Source of the DNA: Moniliella sp. 'wahieum'
Lineage: Eukaryota
Reading direction: 5' to 3'
DNA: 64,000 bases
NCBI GenBank assembly: GCA_003971905.1
Contig: RSEE01000145.1
Coordinates: forward strand, 1 to 64,000
Shown piece by piece: positions 37,392 to 50,700 of the stretch. The first letter of the stretch is position 1. Every line of letters starts with the position of its first letter. The translations under genes were made by a program, and so were the position numbers. A model generated the notes under the pieces. The model worked only from the letters and a program-made list of their open reading frames with translations, made no database searches and had not been told where the DNA came from.

Positions 37392-38374
37392 ATGGCCACC
37401 GTTGACGCTGCTGCGCCCATCGCCATCCACTCGCGCCCGCCCCCGGCCTCACCCTGCCCTCGCTCGGGACCGCTGCCCGCCCCGCCCGCGCCCCGTCACA
37501 GCAGCACCAATGCCGTCACCGGTGCCGACCCGGCTCCTGCCCTTGGTGCCCCGCTCGCCCCGCAAGCTTTACCGCTACACGCGTGAGCAGCTGCTTGCTC
37601 TAGCTGCCAGCCCACTCGCCCACGCACCCCTGGCGCCGATAAGATTTACCGCACCGTTTTGGGTGGTGGCGATGGCCAGTTGCCCGCGTCCATTGCCCGT
37701 TCGCCCACGGGCCCCTCGGATGGCTTGGACGCACTTTCGCAGTCTTTTGCTGGGATGGCAACAAGTCCCGGGTCGGGGGATGTGTATGCGTATTCTACCT
37801 CGCCCTTTGCGCGCCATTTCCGTCACCCGCGTCGCCCCAGCCACTCGGGCGACCTCGCCCGTAGCCCGCCCTCGCAACCTGGCGCACATCGCAAGCCCCA
37901 TTGGAACACTGCCAACCGGCATCCCGGACCGGACGCTCGTACCCGCACACAGCGCGGATTTGTGGTTGGCACATCTCCTGTTGCGTCGGGCAGGGCGACT
38001 GGAAAGTGGTGCAGGGTCACCATGCCCATGGCGACCGGCACCCCCGTCGCGAAGGGCAGGGTCCAGCCCGCCTTCCCATGGCGCCAAACTTAGCTCCTCG
38101 CCTTCGGTCAAGTTGAGCTCTTCACCTCTTACCCGCCGCACGTCCCGTCACAGTTCCGGCCGGGCACCCCACCGCACCGAGTGAAAACGTTACGCCCGCT
38201 AAGGACCGCAAGGGCCGGGCGAGGGATAGTGCAGCGAAAGAAACGTCTGTGGACGATACGCAAACGCGCCCGGTTATGTCCAACCCCTATGCGGTGCTGC
38301 AGGACGGAGTGGACGATGCCAACCAACAAGCTGAAGATGACCAGCCGAGGACCATGTTCGAGATGGACCTTTGA
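37392..38374 (+). CDS. Candidate eIF4E-binding protein (4E-BP-like), frameshifted
   Basis: YTREQLL (YxxxxL-phi) followed by ASPL. Many SP/TP sites including YSTSP. The final frame reads SNPYAVLQ...RTMFEMDL-stop (TOS-like motif). Confidence 0.7.
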
Positions 38375-39200
38375 TTTTGATGATCGATGTCGATGACATG
38401 TGGTTTTTTTCGATGACATGTGGTGACGTGACCGTCGGGATCTGGCGTGGCCAGTGTGGTGGGTGACCCGTGCTTTTTTCTTTTTCTCTTTCCCTCTCTT
38501 ATCTCTCTATCTCCTAACCAACGTTGTACTACTTTGTATCCTCTTCTGCCTGTCGCTCCTGTCCCCCGTCACTCGCTCGTGTTACGTGCTATTGGCCAAA
38601 GTCTTTTGTACTCGTGGCTGGACTCGGTGTCCAGTCCGCTCTGTCTCCACACCACTCAACTCTTATCACTTATCTTGAGAAGGGCGGGGGGTGCGTACTG
38701 GGTGCGTACTGGATCCGTACTGGATCCGTACTGTGCTCTTCTCTGGCGCTTCACCTCTCCCTTCCCGCACTACTTGCCATCAACTCTCGTGACCATTTTG
38801 CCCCACCATGTAATACACAAGTTCAACGCACAAGCAATGATATCTCCACTTATCCTCTGGGATTTGATGCGTCGCCGGTGGATGGCTCGGGGACTTCGGG
38901 ATAGTTGTGACAAATAATCATGGGCTTTTGAGAGCGATCGCCGGTTAAGATACAAGATGATGGCGTTAACTGAACTCAATACACAATGTTCAACCGAGCC
39001 ATGATGTACATGAAGCTGCCAAGTGTCAATCAACTGTCCTACCCTTTCCTTTACACACCATTTCCCCAAGCGTCAACGTCACGTCATCTATAGTTGAAGC
39101 CATGACGACCAAAAACACCATAAAAAGGCGCGATGAGGTAGATCCAGATCCATTGCCAACAAGGCTCTGGTACGTTTATCTTTCGAAGCACGTCTGCCAA

Positions 39201-40138
39201 TCACTCCAGGGCCTCCAGTACGTCCGCAGCAGGGCAGAAGAAGGTGGATCCCGTAAGCGGGGTGGAAAAGTCGAGGATACGATCATGCAAACCGGGAGGA
39301 TGACCAATGAACATGCGTTCCAACATTTTCTCCACCACCCACAGTTGGCGCGTGTAACCAATAAAGTATGTGCCAAATTCACCTTGGCCCGGCCGACCAA
39401 AGGGCATGTTGTCCCGCAAAATGTCCACTTCCTCTCCATCCTTCTCAATCGTGTTGAGTGACTTGTGGCTCTGCTGCGTCCCTCGGGCGAATCGGCATCG
39501 TCGACATTATCCAACTTGGTACGCCCAATAATACGTTCTTGTTCTTCCGTCTTGAGTTTCCCCAGCCGCCATATCATGCACGTACTTTTGCACCACCACA
39601 TAGCTCCCGCCTACAGCCGTTGTGCCAGCTGTAGCTGCCTCGGACGGAGCGACGACAACCGCATCCGTTACCGCCGAGCCCACCGGGTTCGCCGTTCCAT
39701 CCACAAAACCCAGCAGGTCACGCGCATCAAAGTAACTGAACCCGTGGGTTTCGTCCACCACCTCGACCGCGCCTTGCAGCGCGGTGAGCAGCTGCCGTTC
39801 CAGCTCAAACGCCAGGTCCGCACGTTCGGAACGAATGTGGAAAAGAAGGTCCCGGGGGTAGAGGGGGCAGTATGCTTGGCACCTTTGACCTCTGTGAACG
39901 GATGAAGTTCCGACGGACGCGCAAGGTGCGTCAACTCGTCCCACACTTCGCTCCCAATACCCACGATGCACGAAAGGTGCGCAGTGCGGTCCCGAAAGCC
40001 AACATTCTTGATCAAATCCGCTATGCCGGCTACCGTTTCCCGCGCCGTATCCATCGCTTCGGAAGAAGGATGGATACGAACGACAAGGAAGGTAGCAACG
40101 CGGCTCAGAGGCGCCTCGACAGCTTGGGGCAGAGACAT
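39201..40138 (-). CDS. Dye-decolorizing peroxidase, DypB/class P type, apparently intronless
   Basis: HTAPSTPGDLLFHIRS, RDLLGFVDGTANP (GxxDG), GGSYVVVQKYVHD, QERIIGRTK, ILRDNMPFG, GTYFIGY, DRILDFS. Confidence 0.93.
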
Positions 40139-41725
40139 GCTAGAAGAAAAGCGAGGTGTGGCGGGGGAAAACGCAAGACCAGTCGCGCAGGGAAGGAAAG
40201 GCTTGCAGGATGATCCAGGCACGGCACCAAGAAACGCTCGGACGGGCAAGCGACGAGCGAGGAGGAGAGAATACGGTGGGGAGCGGTAGGAAGAGTGCGG
40301 ACGATGGATGAGTTCCAAAAGGTTGGCTGCATGGGATGGTGGGCGGGGCAAGGTTTGCACAGCTGGAATCCCAAGGCTAATACTGGCATGGGCCTATACG
40401 CTCTCTGTACCGAGCTATTGCCACGCAGTAATACGCACGGACTAGCCTGCTCAGGCTGAGCCCTGAGGTCTGAGGGTCAGGATGATGTCTTCTGTGGGCC
40501 TGTTTGATCGGTCCGATCGATGATGCCAGGATTCAGACGTCCAGATCTCAGGCAAAAGGCCTCAGGCCTCAGGGCAGCAATCAGAGCGCGGGCTGGCAGG
40601 ATCGGTCACCAGTCAGTCGGGCACTTTGAGTGAAGTTCAATAGCAGTATCAATCTTGAAGCTTGAAGCTTGAGGTCTGGGAGATGCTATAGTGTGCGCAC
40701 GGCCCCCGGGGTGCGGCCACTGTGGCATAGTAATGGGATGGCTTGACATTAGCAACCAAGCGGCGAACACCAGGCCTCAGGCCTCAGGGCGGCAGGCTGA
40801 GGTGCTGGCGACGGGGATGAGTCGATGAGGGTGGAGGACTGGGCGCGCGGCTGCCCAACGAACGATGCATGCACGAGTGTTTGAGGGCTGAAGCTCTAAG
40901 CCAAGCGTGAAGCTTGAAGCTGAGCTGGGAGTTCAATTGGCAAGTTGAACCGAAGGGCGTTGGAGGTCACGCGTCACGAATGATGGGTTATCGCCCACGC
41001 GCTACAGGTGGATGAACGTTTCACCTTTCATCGAGACGGGTACCGGTGACGTCATGTGCTATGGCTCGGCCCCCAGTCGCGCAGGCCTACTTCAGGTCAC
41101 CCCGAGTAACTAGTAAGGGCCAGAAGCAGTCACGTGCGCACGACGAGAGCAGGCCAGAACCCAGCAGCTGAAATTCAAGCGGGGCACGCACTTAGCTTGG
41201 TTCATGCGTTCATGGCGCATGGTTCCCGCACTTCTCATCTTGCACCAAGTACAAACGTCCATCATCCCCGGGGCCGCCTTCTGCTGGTCGCATCAGCTCC
41301 ACTACAGGTAGTTGTACTGCGTCGCGCCCATGCGAAGGTCCAGGCAGGCTCGGGGAAAGGGGGGTATGGTGGAGATACATAGCACAAGCAAACATACTAA
41401 TGGCGACATTGCAATAGCCCACACAAACTGATGCCTCAGATCCAAACTGGATCGGGACGGGTAGTTTTTAGCGTGGGGAGAAGAGAAAACATCCAAACAT
41501 ACTTATACGAGCAGCGCACCCTGGCCCGGCTCAGGATGGCTCGATCATCGAGGACGGCAGCAGGCCCCAGGAAGAGGGCGAGTAGCGAGCAATGCTAACA
41601 GCGCAGGGGACAGCCTAGCCTGGGTGCAGCTGAATGGATAGGACCAGCAACCATCTCCCCGCACCCAACTCGAGAAGGCCACATGTAGACAGGCAAATGT
41701 GCGCCAATGGGTTCCCGCCGTGCAG

Positions 41726-44700
41726 TCACACTCGCCCTACCGCATCATCCCCCCCGGAGGCGAAGGATGGCTTCCTCGAGCGGGCATGCTGGTCGACCAG
41801 GGTAACTTGCCGAATGTAGGCGGCATAGGAAGACACGGCCGACGCGATGGCGGTTTCGCCGTATGGACCGAAGCCTGCGCTGGCTTGGGAGGCGAAGGTG
41901 GCCGGGATGGGGGGGGAGGTGGCGCAGGTGATGGGACGGGGGCAGGTCAGGTGATGGAACCGGTGGTGGGACGGCCGATGGGATGGGGGGCAGGTCAGGT
42001 GACGGAACCGGTGGCGGAGCAGGCGATGGAACAGGTAGTCGGGTAGGCGATGGTGGTGCCTCGGAGGCAGGTTTACCTGGGCTAGGGGGCGCAGGGGGAG
42101 CAGACCTGGCAGGCGACTTGGGTGGGGCAATAGATGCAGGAGCAAGTGCGCGCCCACCACCCCGGAGAGGCATCCCTTTTCCGTATTTCGCGCGCATCTG
42201 GAACAGCTCACTTAACTCGTGTTCGACAGAACGTTTGCTCTCCCGAATCCGGCCCACCTCCTCAAACATCCGTAACACTTCCTTGCCCAAGACCTTCTTC
42301 ATTTCCGCCGCGCTCGCCTCGGCAGTGGCTTTGGCACAGTCCCCGCCGGCCGAGGAAACAGCTCCGACCACCTCATCATGATGGACATGCTGCTGCTGAA
42401 GCAGCTGGTTCATCAGATCTTGAACAGCTTGGTTGGTCTTGTTGAACTGTGTTGTGTGCATCTGGGTGCTTTCGTTAACCACTTCGGCTAAAGCGTGGAT
42501 CGCTAATATCAGGAAAGGTCAGCATTATTTCCAGCAGTTGTAGCGGATTGTCTGTACACACCAGGCTGAGGATCACGTTCATGGTCCTGCATCTGCTGGG
42601 CAGCACGTTCTTGATCTTGAGCCTGCTTAAGAGCATCGATCTGGAATCATACACGTTAGTTTACATTTGCATCGCTTCCTAGGAGACATAGACATACCTT
42701 CTCAGCGAGAGACTGAATGAGGCGAGCTTGGGCTTCGCGTTCCTTTTGGAGAAGATCAACTGTGGCCTGTTGGTGCGCGAGCAAGGCCTCAGCACGGGCT
42801 GCATCAAGTGCATTGAGCTCTTCATCTTGCTTGGCCTTGTTGGCTCTCCCGGACATCATGTCTTGCAGAATGGCCTCCATAGCCTTCGCCATAGCTTGGA
42901 CGTTGGCGTGCGTCTCGCTAACCGCCTTGTCAAAAGCGGCCTTCTTTTTCTTGGCAGCTTCGGCAGCTTGGGCATCTGCCTCTGCCTTCTCTGTCGCCGC
43001 CTTCTTATCCGCTTCAGCCTTGGCAGCCGCTTCTTCTTCAGCCTTTGCCTTGGCAAGTGCCTCCTCGGCAGCCTTCGCCCCAACCTCTGGCGTCTGCCAA
43101 GGTCTTGCCCTCAGCGCAGCCTCGGCTTCATCGGCTTTCTTCTTCGCCTCGGTCTCTGCTGCTTTGACAGCTTCAGCATCGTGATTGTCGGTGCCAGCAT
43201 CTGCCATAGCAGATTCTTCCACCACGGCTCGATCGCCTTCGGGGCTGACATCCCTATCCTCCATGTCACCGCCCCGGTCTTTTCCGGCGGATCCATCTCC
43301 ATGGGCAGTTGAGCCAGGCTCGGGATCACCCTTGGTAGCATCGGCCACCTTCGCACTGTCAAGAGGAGGATCATCCTTGCTCTCAGAGGCAGCAGAATCC
43401 TGGGAAGCATCCTGCGGAGCCAGCTTGACCTCAGTCTGCTTCCCTGGCTCTTCCTCCAGGAATGGTGAGTTGGCTTCACCAGGCGCGGCCTTGAGCCCGC
43501 TACGGGGTTGGGGTCCATCCAAGTAGCTACCTCCTTAGGCGTCCCGTACGCCGTCGACGCGGGAACGGGAGAGTTGATTCGGCTGTACAGCGACTGGATG
43601 TAGCGAGACACTTGGGCCGGACTAGCTGGTGGACCTGGCGCATCTTCGTGGGCCACCTCCTCTGCCAGAAACCCCAAGTCGGGAGAACCGTGGTGCGAGT
43701 CGTCCGGCTCAGGCGCAGGGTAATATACAGTGAATTTGTGTATGTTTGTTGTTTGTGTAGCGGGAGCAAGTGACCTGGTCGTTGGGCTGTGCCCCTCAGA
43801 TGATGGCTTGTGCGCATCATGGGCTTCTTTCGTCGTTCCTCCAGGAGAAAGCAACAGCTCGGATGGCGATTGCACCTCCCATGGGGTTCTCCTTCGATAG
43901 GGCCAAGGTTGGTAGATGCGGCCTCGGATCCCTCTTCATCTTCGAGATTGTCACCCGCAACGGACTGGGCCATGTTGTTCAAAATGGCCGATTCGGACTT
44001 GGGCGTCTCGGGGGCATGCTCAGCAACCGACTTAGGGCTGCTCGGTACATCCCTCCAAGCCGCAATCGCTTCTGCACCTCGATGTTGAGAACCTTGCTTC
44101 GGCGGCACATCCGCCATGGCGCCCCCAAAACTCGGACGGAGGCTCGGCAGGCGTCACGTACACAGAGGTCCCGCGCCTAGCTGGTGGTGCAGGTTCCCAA
44201 CCGAGGGTGCGGCTGCAGGCTGCGTCCCACTTCCCACAGACTCTGGCCCAACGGCCTTGAGCTCGTCCGAATGCACCTGATCTGCTTCGGTCTCCTCATG
44301 GGTCGCCACCGGCTGGATTTGCACAGAGAGTATTTGGGCTTCGGGCAAACTCGGGTGCATGCTCAGACCCGTCAGGCGCTTCAGGTGCAAGTTCATGTGA
44401 TCCAAGCTCGCCACCTCGGCTGTCGGCTCGAAGACGTCCTCGCTTGCGCTCCCTGGCACTGCGGATGACAGGCCGTCAAGTGGCGATCTGGTGTTACCCG
44501 TGTCAGACAAGTGAGCGCTTGAGATTCAGTGCTCACTTTGGATTCTTTGGAAGTAGGGAGAGCGCGCGCCGACAAGCAGGTGTATGTCTTGGGCTAGCGA
44601 GCCAACGGAAGCAGGTTGGCTGGGGGATGAGGCGGTCACGCTCTTGCGCCAGTTACGGATTTGGGTCTCTGCCACAGTATAGAACGCTGTGCCACTTGGG

Positions 44701-47700
44701 GAAGCGGAGGCTTGGGCGGTACACTCGAGGCAGTGGGGAGGAGAGAGCGTGCACGTGCGGGTCGATAGCATCCGATTCCCGCGCACATCCGGCCCAGCGG
44801 ATCACCAGCTGACGCCTGTCGGGAAGGGACCGCCGGGCCGAACCTCGGACGAATGTCGGAGACGGAATCGACTTGCTGGATTTGGAGCGAGCTGGCGACG
44901 CGATTGCACTCGGCCCGGGGGCGACATATGACCAGTCGTAGCTTCAGCCGCTAGGGCAGCACTGTGAGCTGCATCGGCGAGGTTTGACGAGCGATCTCTT
45001 GCGCTGTGGGTCTGGCATGGACCTGAACCCATGTTGAGGTCTGTGATCGTCTGCCTAGCCACCGCCATTCTTCCGCCCGACGAGAGAGCGTCGGCGGACA
45101 ACCAATGGTTCATCTCTCTGCAACCCCGACCAGTTCACCGTACCGCTCTTGTTGCTTTTTTGCCAGTTGAGCGTAGTGACCAGCAGGGGCCGCAGACGGT
45201 GCATCCGTCTCGTCGGGGATGGCGGCTTGGTCTGGCTCAGTAAAGTATCGGTCCCCCTTCTCGGTACCCGGGCTCTAGCGGTAGCCCGCTTGCTTCGGAA
45301 GTATCTTCAACTCGACCGCAGGACGTCTCGCATTCTCAGGCGGCGTATCCAGGGCAGCATGGACAACGTCCGATACAGATCAGCTTGGGACCGTTCCAGC
45401 ATTACTTTCGAATGGCCGTGCAAAGGGGAACGTGAGCCCGTAGAAACCGGCATTGCTCCACTCTTTGATGGTGGGGAAGATGGGGCAATCATAGATGGTG
45501 CCCGAGCCGTAGCTTCAGAGAGAGCCTTCGCCTCCGAAGCTACCTGAACCGATCGGGCCTGGATCGAAGAAGCCTCTGAGGCGGGAGGAGAAGGCTGAGG
45601 ACACCTTAGATGAGGAAGTCCCGAATGAGGAAGCCTTGGTCGAAGGAGCACTCGTCGAGGGAAGCCGTGTCTGAAGGGACTTTGGTTGAGAAAGGTTTCC
45701 ACCAGCGCATCAGTTTCCGGATGGATGAAGATGCGTGTCGACCACGGATGCAGCTTTGATCGGAGCAGCTGTTTGAACCGGGCTGGGGGAATCAGCTGGA
45801 GGCAGCGAACTGTCCAAACCGGCGGTGTAATAATCACGCGATTCCCAGTCGCTTGATCTTCACGCTCGTTCCCAGCTGCGGAGGCATATCTTTATCAAGG
45901 TTTTCGCCTCCGTCCTGCAGCTGTGAGAAGGCTCGGCAACACACGCTTTGCCTCGTCAGAAAGAGAAGAATAGGGTGAATCAACAGCATCCCCCGCTTTA
46001 AGCTCATCCCCAGCATCATCTTCCATCACAGCGGGCAAGGTTGGGGAACGTGGGTCTCGGTCTATCCGAGCCAGCTTCTTCTCCCCAGCAAGGGAATCCG
46101 TCTCGGTCCCTCGCCCAGGTTCGCTTGGTGCGTAGTCTGAGAGCTCGGCTTCGGGGTGGGCCGGTGGAGCCAGAGTGGCTGGAGGATCAGCTTCCTTTTT
46201 CGTTGGCTTGCTTGCTGTTTGAACCGACGCACCAGGTACCGACCGGGCCTCGGACCCCTCAGGTTCCAAGCTTGGCTCATGAGATGCCAAGGCAGGATGA
46301 AGGGTGTGGGGGTTCGCAAGCCCCCGAGAGGAAGAATCTCCTGGTGCGATGTTTCCTTCATTGGGAGTCGCATCAGCTTTCTCTTTTCGTCGGAATCCGG
46401 CTCCACGTCGGCCTGACCGTCCCAAAATTCCTTGGCAGTCCCAATGTACGGAGCATCCTCTTCGTTTGATCGCCATCGTCAGAAGGACTTTCTGCCTTGT
46501 CGGCACTCTGGACATCCAGATCACGAGGTTCTTCAGGTTCCTCGCCCTTTCCGTCCTCGACTGGCGAAGTAGAGAGGAACGACACGGGCCTGATGGGTCC
46601 GTACCGGCGCCAACTTGAGAGGCGGGAATGCCGCGAACTTCCCTGACGTGATGGCACAGCGGAGCCTGGTTCCAACGGGAGCCCACGATCAGTCCCAGGA
46701 GCAGGTGCACGGGCAGAACCGGACGCTTCTGCAGGCAGATCACGCGTCTTTGTGGGAGGCGTCAGACCTGGCAGGTAAGCAATGGGATGCGGGTCGGCCG
46801 TACCAAAAGAACGGTTCCGATCTTCTCCGGCAGCTCGTCCGCCAACTTGAACTGGCCCGTGGACGCAGGTCACGTAGAGTCTGGGGCACCATTCCTCAGG
46901 CGCAGGTTCGCGTGCCTCTGCACCGGCGCTTCGTCATCGGAGGGCAACGTCCGCGCCGTTGCACGTGAGGGCGCTGGGCCTGTTGTGTGCCCCCGTTCTT
47001 CTGCCTCATCGGATGGGCCCGACCCCCGACCGGCGTCCGACACAGATTCGGGGGGCAACGAACGATTTCCAACCGTCCCAGCAGGTAGGGGCTCAACTGA
47101 CCTAACGTCCGTCCCAGGTCCAGGAGGGGTCGCATGGCCACTCGAAAACAGAGACCTGGAGTGACAGCTTGTCAGTCAAGAGGCTCAACACTGGAGTATT
47201 TATAGTAAAGACGTACTTGGCCGGGTCCATCAGCACGCTTCGTGGTGTCCCATTTTCGCCAGCTGGATGTGGAGGTGGGTAGGTCGCGATCCCTGGATCG
47301 AGACCCCCAACAAACTGGTCGGGATGGTGCCGAGGTAAGGCCGTGTCAGTGGGAGGCGGCTCCGCTTCAGCTGCATCGGCGGTGGACAGTGGCGCAGGCG
47401 CAGGTGCATCCTCAAAACCAGTTGCTGTTGTTGGCCCAGGTACAGAGGACGGGCCCTGAGGCGGCAAATCACGCTCTTGCCAAGATACCTCTGTCGGGGG
47501 ATTGATACTTGGAGGGGCAATGTGATGCGACGCAATGGTCGTAGGGGCGGCGGGGACGGTGTGGTAAGCACTGTAGGTGTCGAAAGGCGTAGATCCACTC
47601 TGGGGGGGTGCGACGGCCGTGTGGAAGGTACTAGGAGGAGGGTTGTAGCCCAATTCGGGCACAACCGATTGCATACCGGGAGGTCGACTGATCCCTTGTA

Positions 47701-50700
47701 GCCATGGTCCGGCAGCAGTCTGGGGGAGGGGGCGGGACAAGATGGATCTGGGACGCACATCGCGCCCGTGCTCTCCGTTCGGCTCGACAGCGGCCGGATA
47801 AGTTGAAGGGCGCATGAGGATGCTGACTGGACGGACGGGTGGGCTGCCAAGGCCGGTAGCGGGAGGGGCAGGATGGAAACTGCTGAGGGCACGCGCCTCT
47901 TCTGGCGCCCGAGGATCAGGCAAGGGGTGCACCGCGGCTGAGGCCTCGGTGGCGCGGTCGCCCAACGACGGCTCGTTTGAAGGAGGCAGCGGCACATCCT
48001 TCGCCTCCACCGTATGGGGCACAGAGTGGGACAACGGGGACCCCGGCACGGTGGGCCAGCGGCCAGAGGGGGCTGGTACCCTGGACCGCTCGCTAAGCGG
48101 CACACGGTACCGGGAACCCACTTGACTGGCACTGTCCGTTGGGTAAATGTCGGTCGAGGCTGCACTGCGCATACTCTCGTTGCGCTGCAAGCCAAGGGGA
48201 GGGGAGTGTATTGGAGGATCCTCTTGTGGTTGTGGAGGGTGTTGGGACTTGTGCGATACGGGAAGGGAAAAGGATGAAGCCCCCATGTTTGCTTCAACAC
48301 GATCAGGTTGAGCTACTTCCCCCGACAGGCGCCGACGAGCTGAATGACCTGCAGAGCCCAGGTCCATCACAGGAGGGTGCCCCGGAAGCGGGTCAGCCGC
48401 ACCAAAGTCGGTGGCCACCACAGGTTGGGCAATTTCGACCGTCGCTCCCGCGCCCGGGGGGTGAGCCCTCCGTCCGGACCGACGGAGCGTATGGGGCGGG
48501 GGGGATCGAAGGTGCTGCAACACTCACCCCACGGTCGCCTAGGGTGCGGACGCTAGGCTGATGGACACCGATCTCTCTCTCTGCCAAGGAGGTCCTCGGT
48601 TGCAACGGAGCAGTACGGTAGAGGGTCGAGGGCGGTGGTAGGGCAGCAGATCGGCTTTCCCCCAGTGATGCAGCGGTCTGTGGTCGTGCGTCCGAGAGGG
48701 CGATCGATCGATAATCGGCCTGCGCAGGAGCGCGAGAAGGAGATTCAGTTTCCGTGTCCACGGGCTCGACGGACTGGGCTACATGGCGCGGATGGTCCAA
48801 AATCGTCTCAGGGCCCAAAGTGGTGGGAACAGAGGAGGCACCGGTGTGGCGCCAACTGCCCATGTCACCGTCGCTTCCTAATGCCTCAGATACTCGCGAT
48901 GGGGGTCGTACGGCACCGGGTTGAGGCGAGATGGTCACTGCAGTTGAGGGACCTGCCGAACCCATCACCGACACGTGGGCCGGCTTCACCGTCTCATCCG
49001 ATCCGTCCGACGTCACTGTCGCCGGCGTCAGGACGCGAGACGGTTCGGGAAGTGGGGCAGGCGCCAATAACGACGGGAAGGGGGAAAGTGCTCGCGAAGC
49101 TCGCAGTCCTGGGTGGAATGCAGGCTGGGGAGCAGACGGGATCTCACGTGGCTCATCCAACATCGACATGCCAAAGGACGACTTGGGTGCACGGGACAGA
49201 CGCGGAGACGCACTACCATGGTCGACTCCCGCTGGCCAAGCTCCAAAGGGAGTCTCCTCCAGCTCCGACATGCCCAATGTGGAGGCACGGCCAGGAAGAC
49301 TGCTGAGAAACGAGCGTGCCCGGGTAGGAGGGGAGACGCCGATAGGTAGGTCGGCCAAACGGTTGAAGGGGCAGATCCTGGCCGTGGGGCACGATGCACA
49401 GCCCCAGCATCTTGCCACTCTGGCTCAGTCAGAAGAGAGGCACCCCCCATCACCGTAGGGGCATCCTGTCTCATGTGCAGTTCCGAAGCAGCACGGTCGG
49501 TACCCCACCTGTTGGCATCAGATATCGACGACGCGCCCAACAAAGAAGTAGCACCCAGCATCGACCGTGGTGCAGCCCGACGTTCTGAACTGCAAGCAGG
49601 GGATGAACTGACCATGGATCCAGCGCCTAGAACTGACGGAGAGCCGATACCATAATGAACGGCATTCCAACGAGGCGACTCTGATTCATGAGAATCGACA
49701 TCGGAACCTGGACTGGCGCCCAGGACAGTTGAAGCACCCCCCCAGAGGTACTGCGGACGATGGTAAACACTCCGCGCCTTTGCAGACGGAATAGGACTGA
49801 ACCCCATGACCGATGCAGGGGCCGAAACGGGGGAAGCATCAGGGAGCGGACGCGGAGAAGAGACAGTGGGAGAAAGATCGTTGATGCTGATTGTCGATTT
49901 GGCACAGCAGAGAGAGCTGGAGGAGCGTTGCGAGCCGCGGGTAGGGGATGAGCATGTCCTCCATCGAGGATGCACCTAGCACCGTGGATGGGGCATGGCG
50001 GAACCCCATGGCTGAGGCCGGAGCCGACACAGGCGCGGCGTCAGAGGAAGCTCGTCCCGAAAAAGCCGTGAAGGGTAGGTCGTTGGTACTTATTGTCGAC
50101 CGCGGGAGAAGGGTAGGCGCAGGCGTGGGCCCCCTCATCGTGTCAGGTAAATGGGCCGTCTCCAGAGACGATGCGGCTCCAAGGACAGTGGAGGTACGTC
50201 CTGTTGGAAACTGAGCATATTCAGCGATAGGTCGCGTCTCAAAAAAGGAACATAACTAAAGCCCATTGCCGAGGAAGAAGACGCGACAGGTTGCGCCACA
50301 GAGGACGTCGGACTCGATGAAAATGCGGCAAGAGGAAGGTCGCGGATGCTCACAGTTGACCCCGCCACAAGTCGCGGCGGGAAGCGTGGCAAGGCCTTTT
50401 CCAACTTCGGGCACATGCTCCATGCCCACTGATGATGCAGGCCCCGAGACGCTGCCAGGGAGGCGGGAACGGTAGGTCGTGCTAGGAAGCCTGCTGCTTT
50501 CAGAATGCAGCCCGCCTGCGAGCGTGGACGCCCCCGTGCCCGGCTTGGGGTCGATAGCGGTGTGAGGCAACTCCCTTTGCATCCCGGTTGCATCACCTAA
50601 TCTGGGTCCCATGGCGAGGGCACTTGCGCGCATATCTGGAATCATCGCGGGAGACAGAGGGTCGTGCGTAGGTACATTCGTCAGTCCCATGACCGATCTT

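Noticed and set aside
2553..40138. Mass pseudogenisation or programmed frameshifting of host genes
   Set aside because: Small indels hit nearly all conserved genes and the satellite alike while protein motifs remain intact. Uncorrected long-read error explains this best.
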